The notes below the pieces were generated by a model. The model did no database searches. It was not told the origin of the DNA and saw only the letters and a program-made list of their open reading frames with translations. A stretch of DNA of 64,000 nt from the human T2T-CHM13v2.0 reference genome, Homo sapiens. The translations under genes and the position numbers were made by a program. Shown one piece after another: positions 30,129 to 47,760 of the stretch. The stretch lies in NCBI RefSeq assembly GCF_009914755.1, contig NC_060933.1; one strand, given 5' to 3'. Within the stretch, counting starts at the first letter, position 1, and each line of letters begins with the position of its first letter.

Positions 30129-31021
30129 TGCAAACCAAAAAGTTTCTGAGGCGCATCTCAATCAATTTAGAGGTTTATTTTGCCAAGGTTAAGGACCATG
30201 GCCAGGGGGACAGCTTCAGGACGTCTCGAGAACATGTGTCCAAGGTAATTGAGTTACAGCTCAATTTTATATATTTCAGGGAGACAGAAAGTACAGGCAA
30301 GGACATAAATCAATACAGGTTAACGTATACATTGATTTGAACCAGAAAGGTAGGACACTTCAAAGTGATGGGCTTCCAGGTCATAGGTGGATTCAAATAT
30401 TTTCGGGTTGATAATTGGTTGAAAGAGTTAAGCTCTGCCTGAAGAATTGAAATCAACTTGAGTTGAGGTAAGGGGCAGGGGTGGTAGGGGTTGTGGAAGC
30501 CAAAATTCTTGTCATGTAGATGAAGCATTCAGGTATCAGGCTGCAGAGAGAATAGATGTGAATGTCATTTATTAAACCTAAAATGGTGTCAGACTTTCTG
30601 GAAAAGACCAAGTAAGGGAAGGAGATTCTCTACAGAACATAAATTTCCCCCACAAGAGACAGCTTTTCAGGACCATTTCAAAATATGTCAAAGAAACTTA
30701 TTTTGGGGCAAAATACTTTATTTCTTTCAGGGCCTGGTGTCTGTCATGTGATATTATACTGGAGTCTGGCTGGAATTTGGTATCTTACTGTTACAGAGGG
30801 TCTATCTTGTCAGTCTCAAGATCTCTGTTTCAATGTTAATGCTGGTCAGTTGTGTCTAAATTCCAAATGAAGGAGGGTAGAATGAAGCAGGTCTGATCCC
30901 TCACTTTTGCTGTCATGGCCTGAACTAGTTTTTCAGTTTTTTGGAGGGGGGGGGTCCCCTTGGCCAAGAGGGGCTTCCATTCAATCAGTTGGGGGGCTTA
31001 GAATTTTATTTTTGATTTACA
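30129..31021 (-). mobile_element. MER4D/MER4E-like ERV1 solo LTR
   Basis: Minus strand begins TGTAAATCAAAAATAAAATTCTAAGCCCCCCAAC. The other end is 'tgcaaaccaaaaag...ctcaatcaatttagaggtttattttgccaaggttaagg'. TG...CA termini; flanks GATA/GACA are a 4-bp TSD with one mismatch. Confidence 0.88.
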
Positions 31022-33384
31022 GACATGTAGATGAAAACCCACTCTGTTATTCTAAAAGTCTTTTATTAAAAATATTAGAATCATATTTGTTGAGTTTTTC
31101 TCTTATCTGCAGGCTGGCAGTGTTTGTTTTTTTCATCTCAGATACATTCTACATTGGTCTCTATTTAGTATGTCTGCTCTTGTAAGGCTTACAAGCCTTT
31201 TTAATTGGGGCTTTTAAATCTTTTCCTTGCCCCATTGGTGATGGATATTTTCTGAACACAGTGAATGAAATAGTATGCAGGCCTTATAGCCTTTGAGGTT
31301 ACTGTCATTTCCCCTCTTCCCATACATAATAAATAAATTAGAGAGTGTTGGAGCCTTTAAATTAACAAAAGGTTAAATAAAATTTTATGATCTCCCTTGC
31401 TGATATCCTGGCTAGTACAACATTTTGAGTAATACATTATTAGAAAAATCACCATCTGGTGCATGATTATAATATTATGATGGGAGAGCTGTTACTTAGA
31501 GGCACCTCCTTAAATAGACTGTTAGCCCCAAGAGCCTTTAAAAAGGGAAGTGAATTTCTTCTTTCCAGGGTTGCTGAGAAAGATTTTCAAAAGTTTCCAA
31601 TAAATGCGACAAAGTGAATGGATTTAGGGGGCCCTTTCCCATTAACTAAGTAAGCCTGAGGCATCAAATGCAAGACCTTGGCTTGTCACATTATATCATT
31701 ATTATCTTGCAAAACATTTCAATGAATTTAGTTCGGTTTAAAGAGCCAAGACGTATAAATAAGTAGAAAGAAGAGACTTGAAGTGGAAACTCATCATATG
31801 TATAAAAGCTGAATTCAAATCTCAACATCTGCCCTACCACCAGTGTAAAGGCCTTCAAATTAGCATAGGCTGTTCAAGTGAAAAGGGTTGTTGAGTAATA
31901 TACAAGATAAAGATTTGAGACGTTACTAACAGAACTCAAATATAAGAAAGTCACCTAACATAGTGAGGCAAACATCACTACCTTTTTTTAAATAAATATA
32001 TTCTTTGGCAACATAGTCTATTTTTGTATTTGACTTTTACCTTCCCTTTGCCCATATAGGCGAAGAAAAAACTATTTTATCCAATTTTTCCAAGATATTC
32101 CTACCTGAACATGAGCACCTGTGCCAAGGAAAGCAGAATTTGGTGCTCTGGGGTTTGTTTCAGTCTAAGAATTTCTCTGCCCACAAAACAGCAAATTAGG
32201 AGACTTACCTTCATTATCAAATTCAAATTTTTGCAGAAAGGGGAAGTAGAATTATTAATCATTTAAAAATGTTCTTGCACTAAAAGAATATGTATGAAAG
32301 TAGCCTAATTTTAAATGTTCAGGTTTTTCAAAAAGAGAATCACTTGAAATATGTATTCTAGTAGCTCAAATGTATCACTGGGGATAATGAACTTTTTTTC
32401 CCAGAGCAACTGTAAAAGTCAGTCAACTTAACTCTCTTGCCTTGCTTTTATTAAGCTTTTAAAGCACTTATCAAAAATAAGGTGATATATTTCTTGTAAC
32501 AACCCTGCCAGCCTTTGTTATTCACTCTCCACTGACAAGGAAAGGTGAAGACAAAAAGTTAAATGCTTTTGCTGAGGTTACAAGGCAAAATTGGGAAGGG
32601 CGAGCAAGGGTACAGCCAAATCCCTAAATTGTTTTCCAGTAATCCTTCCAAGAGAGCACAAAATCATATTACTTTTTCCACAAAAATATCTGACTAATCG
32701 TCAGACTGTGTAGACTTACCCAAAGACACAAGATAGAGTCTGAAAAAGACAGGGATAATAGATAATTGCCTGCCTGAAGTCACTTTTATTTGGTTCTAAA
32801 GATTTCAGTGAGACCACAAACCATGCCAAAGACAATACTTCAGCACAATCAGTAGGAATGGGAGGCAGTTTGATTTCCAGATTAAGATCAGTTAGGATTG
32901 TTCAGCCGTGGCAGATAGCACAAAGGTTTTCAATGTAATACATACGAACTACTCAACTTTTACTGCTTCCTTTGTTCATATCTTCACCACTAATAAAGCA
33001 GTGATGAATGGCATGCCTTTGAAAGAAAGAGTTGTTGCAACTAAGAAAAATGGAGAGAGAGAGGGGGGATAAAAGTAGTAGAGTAGGGAAGTAAAAGAAA
33101 TGAGAACAGTTATAGGAGGTTGACTATATGTGCACAAAGATGGAAGAGGGGTTTCATTCAATATTTTGGCATTGTTTCTACAAGTTCTGCTCTAATTTAC
33201 TAATTTCCTCTGTCCTCACAAATGCCCTTTTGGTTTAGATTTTGATATTACACATCGATAATTCCATTAAGAGAGAAAAGACATTATGAAACTACATTTG
33301 TAGTATATTTAAAGGAGGAAAAAGCGGTGGGGAGGAAACAAAAGAGCGCGAGGGAGAGAATTAGAATGTGTTGGAATAATTTCT

Positions 33385-33660
33385 ACTGTTTACTGAGGAC
33401 CTACTATATACTAAACATCCTGCTAAACATTGTCCATCTATTATTTTTAATTCTCAAAAAGCCATGTACTAAACAAATTAATTCTTAATTATAATCCCAA
33501 GGGAAGGATATCTCCTCCCTCTTCCCCCAACCTCCTTTTCTGTCTTTGTTGAAGAACAAAAGATCAGGCAGATCAAATAACATTCAGTTATTGCATAGCT
33601 TACAAGTGGTAGAGCTGGGATTTCAAACTAAGTTCATCTTATGTTTTTCTTTATATACCA
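33385..33660 (-). mobile_element. MIR
   Basis: 'tttactgaggacctactat...acaagtggtagagctgggatttcaaactaagt'. Confidence 0.65.
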
Positions 33661-34719
33661 CTTAATGTTGAGTTTGTATTTAGATCAATATTAGTAGAAA
33701 GAATGAAGAATGGACTGTTAATAATAATGTATGTTACCCATGATCAAGCCAGATTGTTGTGTTTTCACTTTTAAATAGATATTTACAAAAATACAATACA
33801 AAAGTGCTACTTCGCTTTTTAATAGCATGGTTATTACAAGAATAGCTTGCCAAGATCCTAATTCAAATGCCGGAACAGAAACATCAGTACAATATTAAGG
33901 GTACATGGCTTATTAATGAATATTGAAAATACAAACTCTCTATTTGAGATTTTATTCATAACTTAGTAAAACAATTCATTCCAGAGATGCTTGAATATTT
34001 AGTCAATAAATAATTCTACCTTTCTGAAGAATAAAGGATTTATGAGCATCTGCCTTTACCTTCACTGACAATAGTTACAGGTTACTTAGTATAAAGCAGG
34101 TGTCTAGTTCAATGCCTGACAAAACATAGGTCTCAGATACTTACTGAATGAAATAATTAATGAATATAGTTCAAAAAACATATTAAATGAAACTTTCTAA
34201 CTTCATCTACAACCTGGCCAAACACATGCTTCAATGATGTTAAAATGTCGTTCTTAATACATTTTCCAACATTGGAATAACAAGTGATTCAGGAGAAACT
34301 ATGTTAGGAATCATAACTTTTCCAAAAACAGTAAACCAGAAACTCCTGACAAATGCCCTATTTTTAAATTTTTTATTACGTGTATTAGCATATTGAATTA
34401 CATGCACAGAGTCTGTACATAATCTTATGGAAACATTACCTTTTCTGCTAAACTATCAAATATTTGAACACATAGAGTTTTGCAAATAAAGCAGGAAGAC
34501 CTATGCAGAGGGAGTCAGTTGGGAAGGCAGTCATTCATCAAATTACCTATGTTCTTGATCAAATCACTCTAGCTATATGTGGCCTTAGAATACACAGGAA
34601 AACAAGGGGTTTGCTCTAAAATAATTTCAATTTTCCATAAGTTTTCATCTTTTTTAAACGGTATGGTTGAAAGAGAGACTGATACTCTCCATTTGAATCT
34701 TTGTTCATAGCCCCTCTAT

Positions 34720-35000
34720 ACTGTGTTCAAATGAAAGTAAAACTATATTCTTCAGCCTCTCCTGCAGATAGGGATAATCAGTTAAATCTAAGTGGTTTAC
34801 GGAGGGACATCCAAACATCTTATTTTGCCTCTTTGCATTCTCCCTATTTCTTGCATAGAACATGATTGTAAACATTGATGCTCCAGAAACCATATCACGA
34901 CCCTGAAGATAGGAACCCTGAAGACTAAGCAACAATAGATGAAACTTGGCTTCTTAATCGTTTCTTGATATTATCATACCAGTTCTGAACTGATGTTTAA
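34720..35000 (+). mobile_element. old MLT1-type LTR fragment
   Basis: 'ctatattcttcagcctctcctgcagataggg', 'gatgctccagaaaccatatcacgaccctgaag', 'ataccagttctgaactg'. Confidence 0.45.
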
Positions 35001-37289
35001 TTTTTAATATTCATGTTTATTAATTTTATTTTAACTGTGAACACAAGGTACTGTGGATCACAGACTGAGTTCTTATAAATTACCTCATAGTAAATAAGTT
35101 TATCACCTCACTCCCCTTGACCCTAGACCTTATTCTGGGAGTGACTTGGCAAAAGCCAGGTCAAATGTTCTATGCTAGCAGCTGGATATTCCATAGGTGA
35201 GAAACAGACATTTTTTTCTCCATTTATGTTCAGAAAAAAGGCAGCCATCACATTCCTCCTGAAAGAAGAGAAAAAAATTTTGTGGATGGAATAATGATCC
35301 CTTTGAGATTAGATAGAAAAGATCCTGACTTCTCACTCTAACCTTTTGAAATGTAAATACATCCTTCTGGGTGCTAGACAAATCACTGGGTATCTTTTAA
35401 ACTTCTAAGACACAAAGATGTCTTCGAGGTCTGGGCTTCATCTTTCCTAAAATGGAAATACTTTAAGGAGATATTGTTCTAGTCTCCCTGACACCTTGAG
35501 TCTTAATGTAAAAACCTAGTCCAAACTATAACCATTTGGCACTCTCAGATCAGAGCAATCAAGCAGATAAATGGCCACAGATCTAATTCTCATAAGTGAA
35601 GAGTAAAATATTCCTAGGGAAAGGGAAAACATTGTATATATTGTAAAATGTCTATGAGTCAGGAAGCTAGGACATTATATAAGAGTACTGAGGAATACAG
35701 AGAGCTTTTATTTCTCCACAACAGGCTACATCTAGACATCTACCAGAAAATGTTTAAGCCATTGTAATCACATATCTTTTATTAGCATGAAAATATAACT
35801 CCAAGTTCATAAAATGTTTGACTTTAAAGTAACAAAAATTTAGATAAAATCTAGCTTCCAGCTCAAAGGACTAGTGACTATCACAGCGCTAGAAACATAT
35901 GAAACAATCAATACAGGATTACTGAATGCATGGAGAAATTAATGTGTTCATAAAAAGCAAATAGAAGCCACCCAAAATAACCCACATTACACAGCCAGCA
36001 AAGGTAGAAGCACAGGACTCAATATAATGGTTGCCTGAATAAATGCTTCCACTTTTACTGTCCTGTTTGGATTGCCCCTACTGTCTTGGTTTTATTTCAA
36101 TACTAATCCCACACATTTGCATTTCTCTTTGAAAACATTCAATATTACCATCCTCAATATTCACCTAATGCAGGAATCAGCTTAAATATAGCTTATTCAG
36201 GGACAAATTGCAAGGTCATCTTAACTAAGTTAAATTATTTTACTATTTATTGCTTTAATACTGTTTATTTAACTTTCAGCAGCAATTATCACATTAAAAT
36301 TGCCTATTAAAATCAACTAACATTACAGCTGGGTTGAAAGCTTGGTAAGAACCAGGGACACATTCGTGTTACAACTGACTGAATTCCCAGCATTTAGCTC
36401 AGTCAGTGCCTAACTTCTTTATTTTTTAAAAAATTAATTCCTCTGTCTCTTTTATTTTTCTTTCACAAAATGTTATTCATTATTTCCTAACAACAGTCAG
36501 AAAATGATCTGCTGTAACTTTGGTGGCATTTTTAAAATTGCATTATTTTCTAGCCATGAATCATTGTCCTATGGTTGTCTACTTTGCGACATAGCAGTGG
36601 ACAAAATTACACTCCACAAAAAAAAGAGACGAAAGCAGATGATATAGCCCTAGAGAACTGATTTCCTGCTTCAAATACGTTTCCTGATTGAAGATTGCAC
36701 ACCTAGGAGGTGAGATGAGAGAGCTATTCTATAAAAGTGTCCAGCAGATGTACTGCAGTAATTCCCACTGTATTCATCATTTACTGAATTGCTCACACAC
36801 CAGAGGTATAATCCAATGTAAATGATCTCATCACCCATCAGTATGAGGGCTCAAAAATTCAGCTTGGCCTCAAGCTAAAACTTGACATTTCAAGGTTTTC
36901 AAATCCACAGTAAGTAAGCAGTATGTTGATGACTTCCAAACGTCTCTTCTGAAACAGCACCAGCTTTTGAGAAATGCAGGTGTTTGGGATCTAGAAATAG
37001 AAGTGGCCAGCTGCCCTTGAGGTGCTTGGGGCACAGTTCCATATTTCCTACCCCTGATTTGGCCCTGAGCAAGGAACATTTTGTGCAGAAAATAATAGAG
37101 TTGACACCATTTGCATTCTGCTCATACAAATACTAAAGAATTAAATTTAAAAGGTTCATTTTAAAAGTATCCCTTCTTGCAGTTTCACTGGCATTGCTCT
37201 ATGTGGAAGACATAAGGCATTCTCATGCTGTGAAATCAGAAGAACACAGAGACTCTCCAGATTGGCAGAGAATTTGAGAGACCACTCAT

Positions 37290-37710
37290 GCATGAACACA
37301 CTCCAAATAAAGGGGTATTGGACCTGAGGTAAGTTCACTAGCCCTTCTGAGTTGTGTTTCTTGAACTATGAAAGGAGAGAACCAGGCTAAATCATTTTAC
37401 ATATTCTTTCTGTATTTAACATTTTCTGATGTCATGATTCTGGCCAAGATTACACTGAGAATAATTTCACTCAGGAACATTATTGATCACCTCCTTCATT
37501 AATTCCATGTAAATTTTGTGGTATATTTATTGGACAAAACTTCGGCTTGTCATATATACCTGCAATCTAGGTTTTCTTGTACCATAGCACTTCCCAGCGG
37601 TGTGATCTTGACCAAAACACTTATTCTCCTAAATTTTCAGATTTTTTTTTTTTACTGTAAAATGGAAACAAAAATAATTCCATAAGGTTAAAGACAAAAC
37701 TAGATGATAA
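37290..37710 (+). mobile_element. two adjacent MIR-family fragments
   Basis: 'gacctgaggtaagttcact...ctatgaaagg' and 'tgtgatcttgaccaaaacactt...ctgtaaaatgg'. Confidence 0.5.
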
Positions 37711-37971
37711 GTTCCTGGAGATAACTAATTTTTCAAGAGATGTTCATTCTTTCTTTAACACAATCCCCTTAACAGCTTGTATTTTCAAGCATCTAAAATA
37801 TATATAAAAAATTACAATAAACACATTTTTATTATGTATTTAACTCATTTCTAGTGGCTCCTGGGTTTTTTCCATTGCAAGCTGCATTTTCTCACTTCCT
37901 TATCTACCCCCTGATTGCAATTTACAGCATTACTTTATTCTATAATGTTATGCCATAATGTTAAGCTCATC

Positions 37972-38410
37972 ATTCTTAGCTCCAAATGACAGATAATCAA
38001 CTTGAATTACCTAAGAATAAAAGGGGTTAAGGTGTTTATTGAAATGACATTGCAGTGGCCTGACAAAGGAAAATCAATAGGTACTAAATAACTCAAAAAC
38101 CTATGGTTTTAAAATCTTTCTCTTTCTCTCTCCCCTCCACTAGCAGTTATTTCTTATCTTCAGGATTATCCACATTACAGCGAATAAGCCTGCTGGCAAT
38201 TCTTGTCATAGTCTTATAACTAGTTAACAGGAAAAAAAATAGAACTTCTCTTTCCTAGCTTCAGTATTTAACAAAAAATGCAAATTATTCTGATTGGTCT
38301 ACTTTGATCATATGTTTACTGCCTGGACCAATCACAGAAGTCAGAACTGTGATCTTATAAATGGCTCAACTTAAGCTACACACCCCCTGTAGCAAGTGGA
38401 GATAGAGTCT
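37972..38410 (-). mobile_element. MLT1K/L-like LTR fragment
   Basis: 'aaatgacagataatcaacttgaattacctaag', 'tctgattggtctactttgatcatatgtttactgcctggaccaatcac'. Confidence 0.55.
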
Positions 38411-39261
38411 GTTTCAGCAAGAGGTGAGGTAAAATGTGCAAAATAAACAACACTGTCAGGTGTTCTTGGAGCTTTGTGAAGTGACTAATTGCAATCCTAG
38501 CTGTGGACCTCTAGGAGAATAAAACTAAACATATACCAAACAGAATTGCTTATAAAATATCCTATATCCTACTATCTCCTTATGATTTGGAAATTATAAT
38601 TGGGGGAGAGAATGGATATAAAGTGTTTGTGTTTGTTATTGAATATTATTTTTCCTTTTTGATATGGTAAATGGGAAAAATTACTATAGATAGCCATTTG
38701 TAGAAACATGCCTTAATTTCAAGGACATAAAGAAAACCATTTTACTTCTTCAAATGTTTCCTCACTAACATCTAAATTCCCTTTAGTGGGTAAACTCAAC
38801 AGTCTTGATTTTACATGAAATAGATACTATCCTAGAGGATATAGCTCACTGAGAAATTCAAATAAAGGTAGAAATGATTGAGTCAACTTCTTTTCCAAAA
38901 ACGAAGTGTAGATGAAAAGTAGAGGAGAGTCTGTATAGGGTTACGTAAAAGGGAGTGGTGTGAGGTATACAATTAAAGATATGATTGAAGATTTGAATGG
39001 GAATAGAAAAAGACTGTCTTATTAACTGACTAAAAATAGTTCTGTCCATTAATAACCAAGGATGCACTGAGCTTTCTAAAACTATTGCTCATTTTCTAAT
39101 TAAACCCAAAAGTATTCTTGTGAAGTGTCTAAGAGCCAGCGGTAATTATCCCCATTTTGTGAATAAAGGAACACAGTGCCTGAAAGGTGAAGCAGTTTAA
39201 GTGTATAATCAAATCAGTAACACTTAAGAACAGACTCAGAAGGTGATGAATAGAGTATGCC

Positions 39262-39332
39262 TTTTTATTTTATTTTATTTTATTTTATTTTACTTTATTT
39301 TATTTTACTTTATTTTATTTTATTTTATTTTA
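39262..39332. repeat. (TTTTA)n pentanucleotide repeat, ~14 units, flanked by MIR pieces
   Basis: Direct read; the source of the ORF 'FILFYFILFY'. Confidence 0.97.
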
Positions 39333-40012
39333 CTTTTGCGTGTAGAGATGCCAGTACATAGGCAAGTCAGCTGGAGTATGGAAGACAGAAAGTTGGAAGT
39401 AGAAAACTTAGATTTAAGTGCGGTTTTCCCACATGCAAAGACCAGAACTTGGGCAAGGCACTTTCACTTTATTTCATTATCTATGAACCGGAAATAACTG
39501 ATCACTTTATAGCACTGTAGAGATAATTAAATGAGACATGGAGAAGAGGTGATGGGGAACTCATCGTTCCTCCTTTTCTTGCCAACTCTTTCTGCAATGA
39601 CAGTGTTCCTCTTTGACCAGGGCCAAGAAGTTATTTCAGGCCTCAATCTTAGCAGGTGGCACTTCCAAGGTTTCACAAGGTGTAGTGCCCATGAATGTTA
39701 CAGTTCCTAGCCATGACCTGAGCACTCTAAAATGTGAAGTCTGCCTGTTGAAATGTAAAGATCTTTTTCTTCCTGTATCAGAACCTTTGGGACAGTTTAA
39801 AGAACATTCTGGGTAAGTTCTAAGTCAATTTTCTTGACCCTTTCATTTTACAGACATGGAAGCCCAGAGAGGGTATATGTCATGTCATACCCAACTTAAC
39901 AGTAAATTAATGAAAAAACTAAGGCCAATTAGATACTCTTTATTCTAAGATCATAGTCCTATCATGTATAGTTTTATATTTTTAAAGATATTCTTTCTCC
40001 AGGTATATGAAA

Positions 40013-40430
40013 GTATTTTAGTCTATTTACATTACTAAAAAGGAGTACTTGAGGCTGGGTAATTTATAAAGAAAACATGTTTTTTTGGCTCACAATTCTA
40101 TAGACTGTACAAAAAGTGTGGCACTGGCATCTGCTTTTGGTGAGGGTCTCAGGAAGTTTACAATTATGGTGCAAGGTAAAGGAGGAGCAGGAGCATCACA
40201 TGGCAAAAGGGGGAGTGAGAAAGAAAGTGGGGTGCCACACTCTTTTAAACAACCAGATCTCAAGTGGACTCGAGTAAGAGCTCACCTGTTACTGTGAGAA
40301 GGGTACTAAGCCATTCATTCATGAGGGATCTGCCCCCATGACCCAAACACACCCCACTAGGCCCCACTCCAACATTGGAGATTACCTTTCAACATGAGCT
40401 TTGGAGCAGACACACATCCAAACAATCTCA
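40013..40430 (-). mobile_element. MSTB-like MaLR solo LTR
   Basis: 'gaggctgggtaatttataaagaaaa', 'ggcatctgcttttggtgaggg', 'ccacactcttttaaacaaccagatctc', 'catgagggatctgcccccatgacccaaacac'. Confidence 0.88.
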
Positions 40431-41782
40431 GTAAGGAAGATAGGTTGAAGCACTTTTAGTAACACAAAAAATAAAAGTTCAGCATAGGTTCCCTGAGCCA
40501 ATTATATTTCTCCTTGCTAGAAACTAAACTAGCAAGAAGTCTAACTATAGTATCTCAGCTCCATACTCTACAATACAAAAAATGGTATAGAAGACAGCTG
40601 GAATTGTGCCAAGATGCCAATAGAAAGTCTGGCACAAAAGCCAAGGGATGTATGTCATACACATAGATTCCTCTGCATGGTACAGCCCAGCTCATTAGAA
40701 TTTCACTTGTGGTTTGAGGTCAGAACTTTGAGTATTAATGTTCATTTGTGCAAAGTCTCTCTCACATATCTTCTCTTCAGAGCCCTTGTAGAAGTGGCTC
40801 AATATCAAGAATCAGGTAATCCTTGATCCCAGGACTAATACCAACTTATAGCCCTAAATAGAACTAACATACACAAAAACCCCTTGTGAAACATAAGGCA
40901 TAGCCTAAAACTTTACTCCTAAATCCAGGCTTTCCCTTAGGCTTTCTCAGCTTTAAGGAAGAAAGTGAAATGTTTTCATTTCCTTTAACATTTTCCTACT
41001 GAGCCAATTACAGTTTCACCACTCAGGGAATACTGGCTGAAGATATTCTCTCTTATAATGACACAAAGGAAAAAGGCTGGTGAACCTGTGTAGACCATAA
41101 TAAACCAAACCTCCAAATAGGCTGATCCAACATCAAAATAATTTCCAAAAATGACATAATGTTTTGAAAATTAAAGTGATTCTTTTTCTGCTAATTATCT
41201 GTTACTCTTTATTGTCATCTATTTAGTCCATACCATTTGGAAGAGTGATGATTAAGTAGAAGACTTAATCATCAATCGACAATTGACAATCGTCAGTCAA
41301 CAAATTGACGAGATAAATTCTTAGCCTTTGAATTTCAAAATATGAGTTTGAAATACATGACAGAGACAAATTTTTGAAGGAAAAAAGCTCTTAATTTGTA
41401 AGAAACTTAGCTTTGAATAAAAAGACCAGAATCCTGACAGATTCAAAGCATAAAGTCTATACAAAAACGATAGACATGGAAGAATAAGTGATCAGTCTGA
41501 TAGTGTTTTTTGCATGAACTCGTGCTAAATGAAGAATTAGAATTTAGACAGAGCCAAAGGGAAGAAATTAGATCTTTGTGTATGCCCAAAGAAAAGTACT
41601 TGCACTGTGTCTTTTTATTCATGTCTTCCCTAAACTGATTCCCAGTGTGATGTGGGCAATGAGACTTCTAATTGAATTTTAGGATCCAAGAACTCAAGGA
41701 GCAACTGAACTTCAACCTGGGTGAATTTCTGAGACTTTTAAAGTCTTGATAAGCATCCTTCTGCCAGCATGGTGTAGAGACC

Positions 41783-42236
41783 TATAATGGCTTCCTAGAA
41801 CTGTTCTGTCAAAATACCACAAACTCGGTGACTTAAAGCAATAGAAGGTTATTATATCACAGTTTTGGAGGCTAAAAGTCCAAAATCAAAGTGTTAGCAT
41901 GGCCATGCTATCTCTGAGATTCTGAGTAGAATGCTTTCTTGCCTCTTCTTAGCATCTGGCAGCGGCCAGCATCCTCGGTGCTTCTTGTCTTTGTAGATTC
42001 ATCACTCCAACAGCTACCTCTGTCATCACATGGCTGTCATCCACCTGTGTGTCTCTGTCTTTACATCATCTTCTTATAAAGACACTAGTTATATTGGATT
42101 AAGGCCAATTCTAATGACCTCATCTTAATTGGATTACATCTATGAAGACACTATTTCCAAATCAGATGACACTCACAGATACCAGGCAGGGTCTGAGACT
42201 TATATCTTTTGTGGGGAATATAATTACAGGGTCATA
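41783..42236 (-). mobile_element. MLT1C-like MaLR LTR
   Basis: 'aaataccacaaactcggtgacttaaagcaatagaa', 'cttcttataaagacactagttatattggattaaggcc', 'ttacatctatgaagacactatttccaaat'. Confidence 0.8.
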
Positions 42237-42849
42237 GAATAAAAATGTTTGTCCTATATGTTTATACAAATGTCCTTTCAAACCTGAAGAGAGTTTTTGT
42301 AGGCCAGAGGAAGACTTGAAAACAATTATTTCTGTACCCCACCTCAACAGTAATATGGAAATAGCAACAGACAGGTTTGGAACTAGTAAGCACTCATTAA
42401 CAGGATAAAGTATATGCGGCTGTCATTTATGCGCCCAAAGACCATTTGAGAACATGAATTTCTCAGCAGATTAAAGCACAGAGACAATGAGGCCCACAGA
42501 TAAGATGGGATAATGTAAATTTAAGAGAATATCAGTGTGGAAGTTAACTAAGAATTATTAGATTCCGCTATACTTAATTTATCTTAATGCCTTCATGATA
42601 CTCGAAGCCCTCTACAAAGTAGATCTTATATGGTCCCTAGAGAGAAAAAGCTTTCTTTTTTTTATTTCTTCTAAAAAAAAAAACTGGATACATGTGCAGA
42701 ACGTGCAGGTTTGTTACACAGGTCTATGTGTGCCACTGTGATTTGCTGTACCTATTGACTCATCCTCTAAGTTCCCTCCCTCACTCACCACCCCCCAATA
42801 GGCCATGGTGTGTGTTGTTCCCTTCTCTGTGTCCATGTGTTCTCAGTGT

Positions 42850-46668
<3,819 letters not shown>

Positions 46669-46729
46669 CATGATGCTATTTGGTTATTTTCCACATCAGT
46701 TGATGCAATTTCTTCATAGTGTCATTGGT

Positions 46730-47760
46730 CTTTATATTTTTGTATGTTTTTGCAGTGACTGGTACAGGTTTTTCCTTTCCATATTTAGTGCTCATTTCAG
46801 GAGCTCTTGCAGGGCAGGTCTGGTGGTAACAAAATCCCTCAGCATTTGTTTGCCTGTAAAGGAATTTATTTCTCTTTCACTTATGAAGCTTAGTTTGGCT
46901 GGATATAAAATTCTGGGTTGAAAATTCTTTAAGAATGTTGAATATTGGCCCCCAACGTCTTCTGGCCTAATAGAGTTTCTGCTGAGAGATCTGCTGTTAG
47001 TCTGATAGGCTTCCCTTTGTAGGTGACCTGGCCTTTCTCTCTGGCTCCACTTTACAGTTTTTCCTTCATTTCGACTTTGGAGAATCTGATGATTATGTGT
47101 CTTGGGGTTGATCTTCTCATGGAGCATCTTAATGGGTGCTCTCTGTATTTCCTGAATTTGCATATTGGCCTGTCTTCCTAGCTTTGTGAAGGTCTCCTGT
47201 ATAATATCCTGAAATATGCTTTCCAGCTTGTTGCAGTCTCCCTGTCTCCTTATGGTACTCCAATCAACTGTAGGTTCAGTCTTTTTATGAAGTCCCATAT
47301 TTCTCAGAGGCTTTCATTATTCCTTTTCATTCTTTTTTCTCTATTCTTGTCTGCATGTCTTATTTCAGTAAAGTGGTCTGCAAACTCTGATATCCTTTTT
47401 TCCACTTGGTCAATTCCGCTGTTGATACTTGTGTATACTTCATGAAGTACTTGTGCTGGGTTTTTCAGCTCCATCATTTATGTTCCTCTCTAAACTGGTT
47501 ATTCTAGTTAGCAATGCCTCTGTCCTTTTATCAAGGCTCTTAGCTTATTTGCTCTGGGTTAGAACATGCTCCTCTAGCTCATTGTAGTTTTTTATTACCC
47601 ATCTTCTGAAGCCTACTTCAGTCAATTTGTCCACCTGATACACCATTCAGTTCTGTGCTCTTGATGGAGAGATGCTGCAGTCATTTGAAGGAGAAGAGGC
47701 ACTCTGGCCTTTTGGGTTTTCCGCATGTTTTCATTGATTCTTTCTCATCTTCATGAGTCT
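46730..47760 (-). pseudogene. disrupted L1 ORF1
   Basis: The ORF 46792-47298 C-terminus 'FQPRILYPAKLSFISEREINSFTGKQMLRDFVTTRPALQELLK' is ORF1p. The 5' boundary is approximate. Confidence 0.85.
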
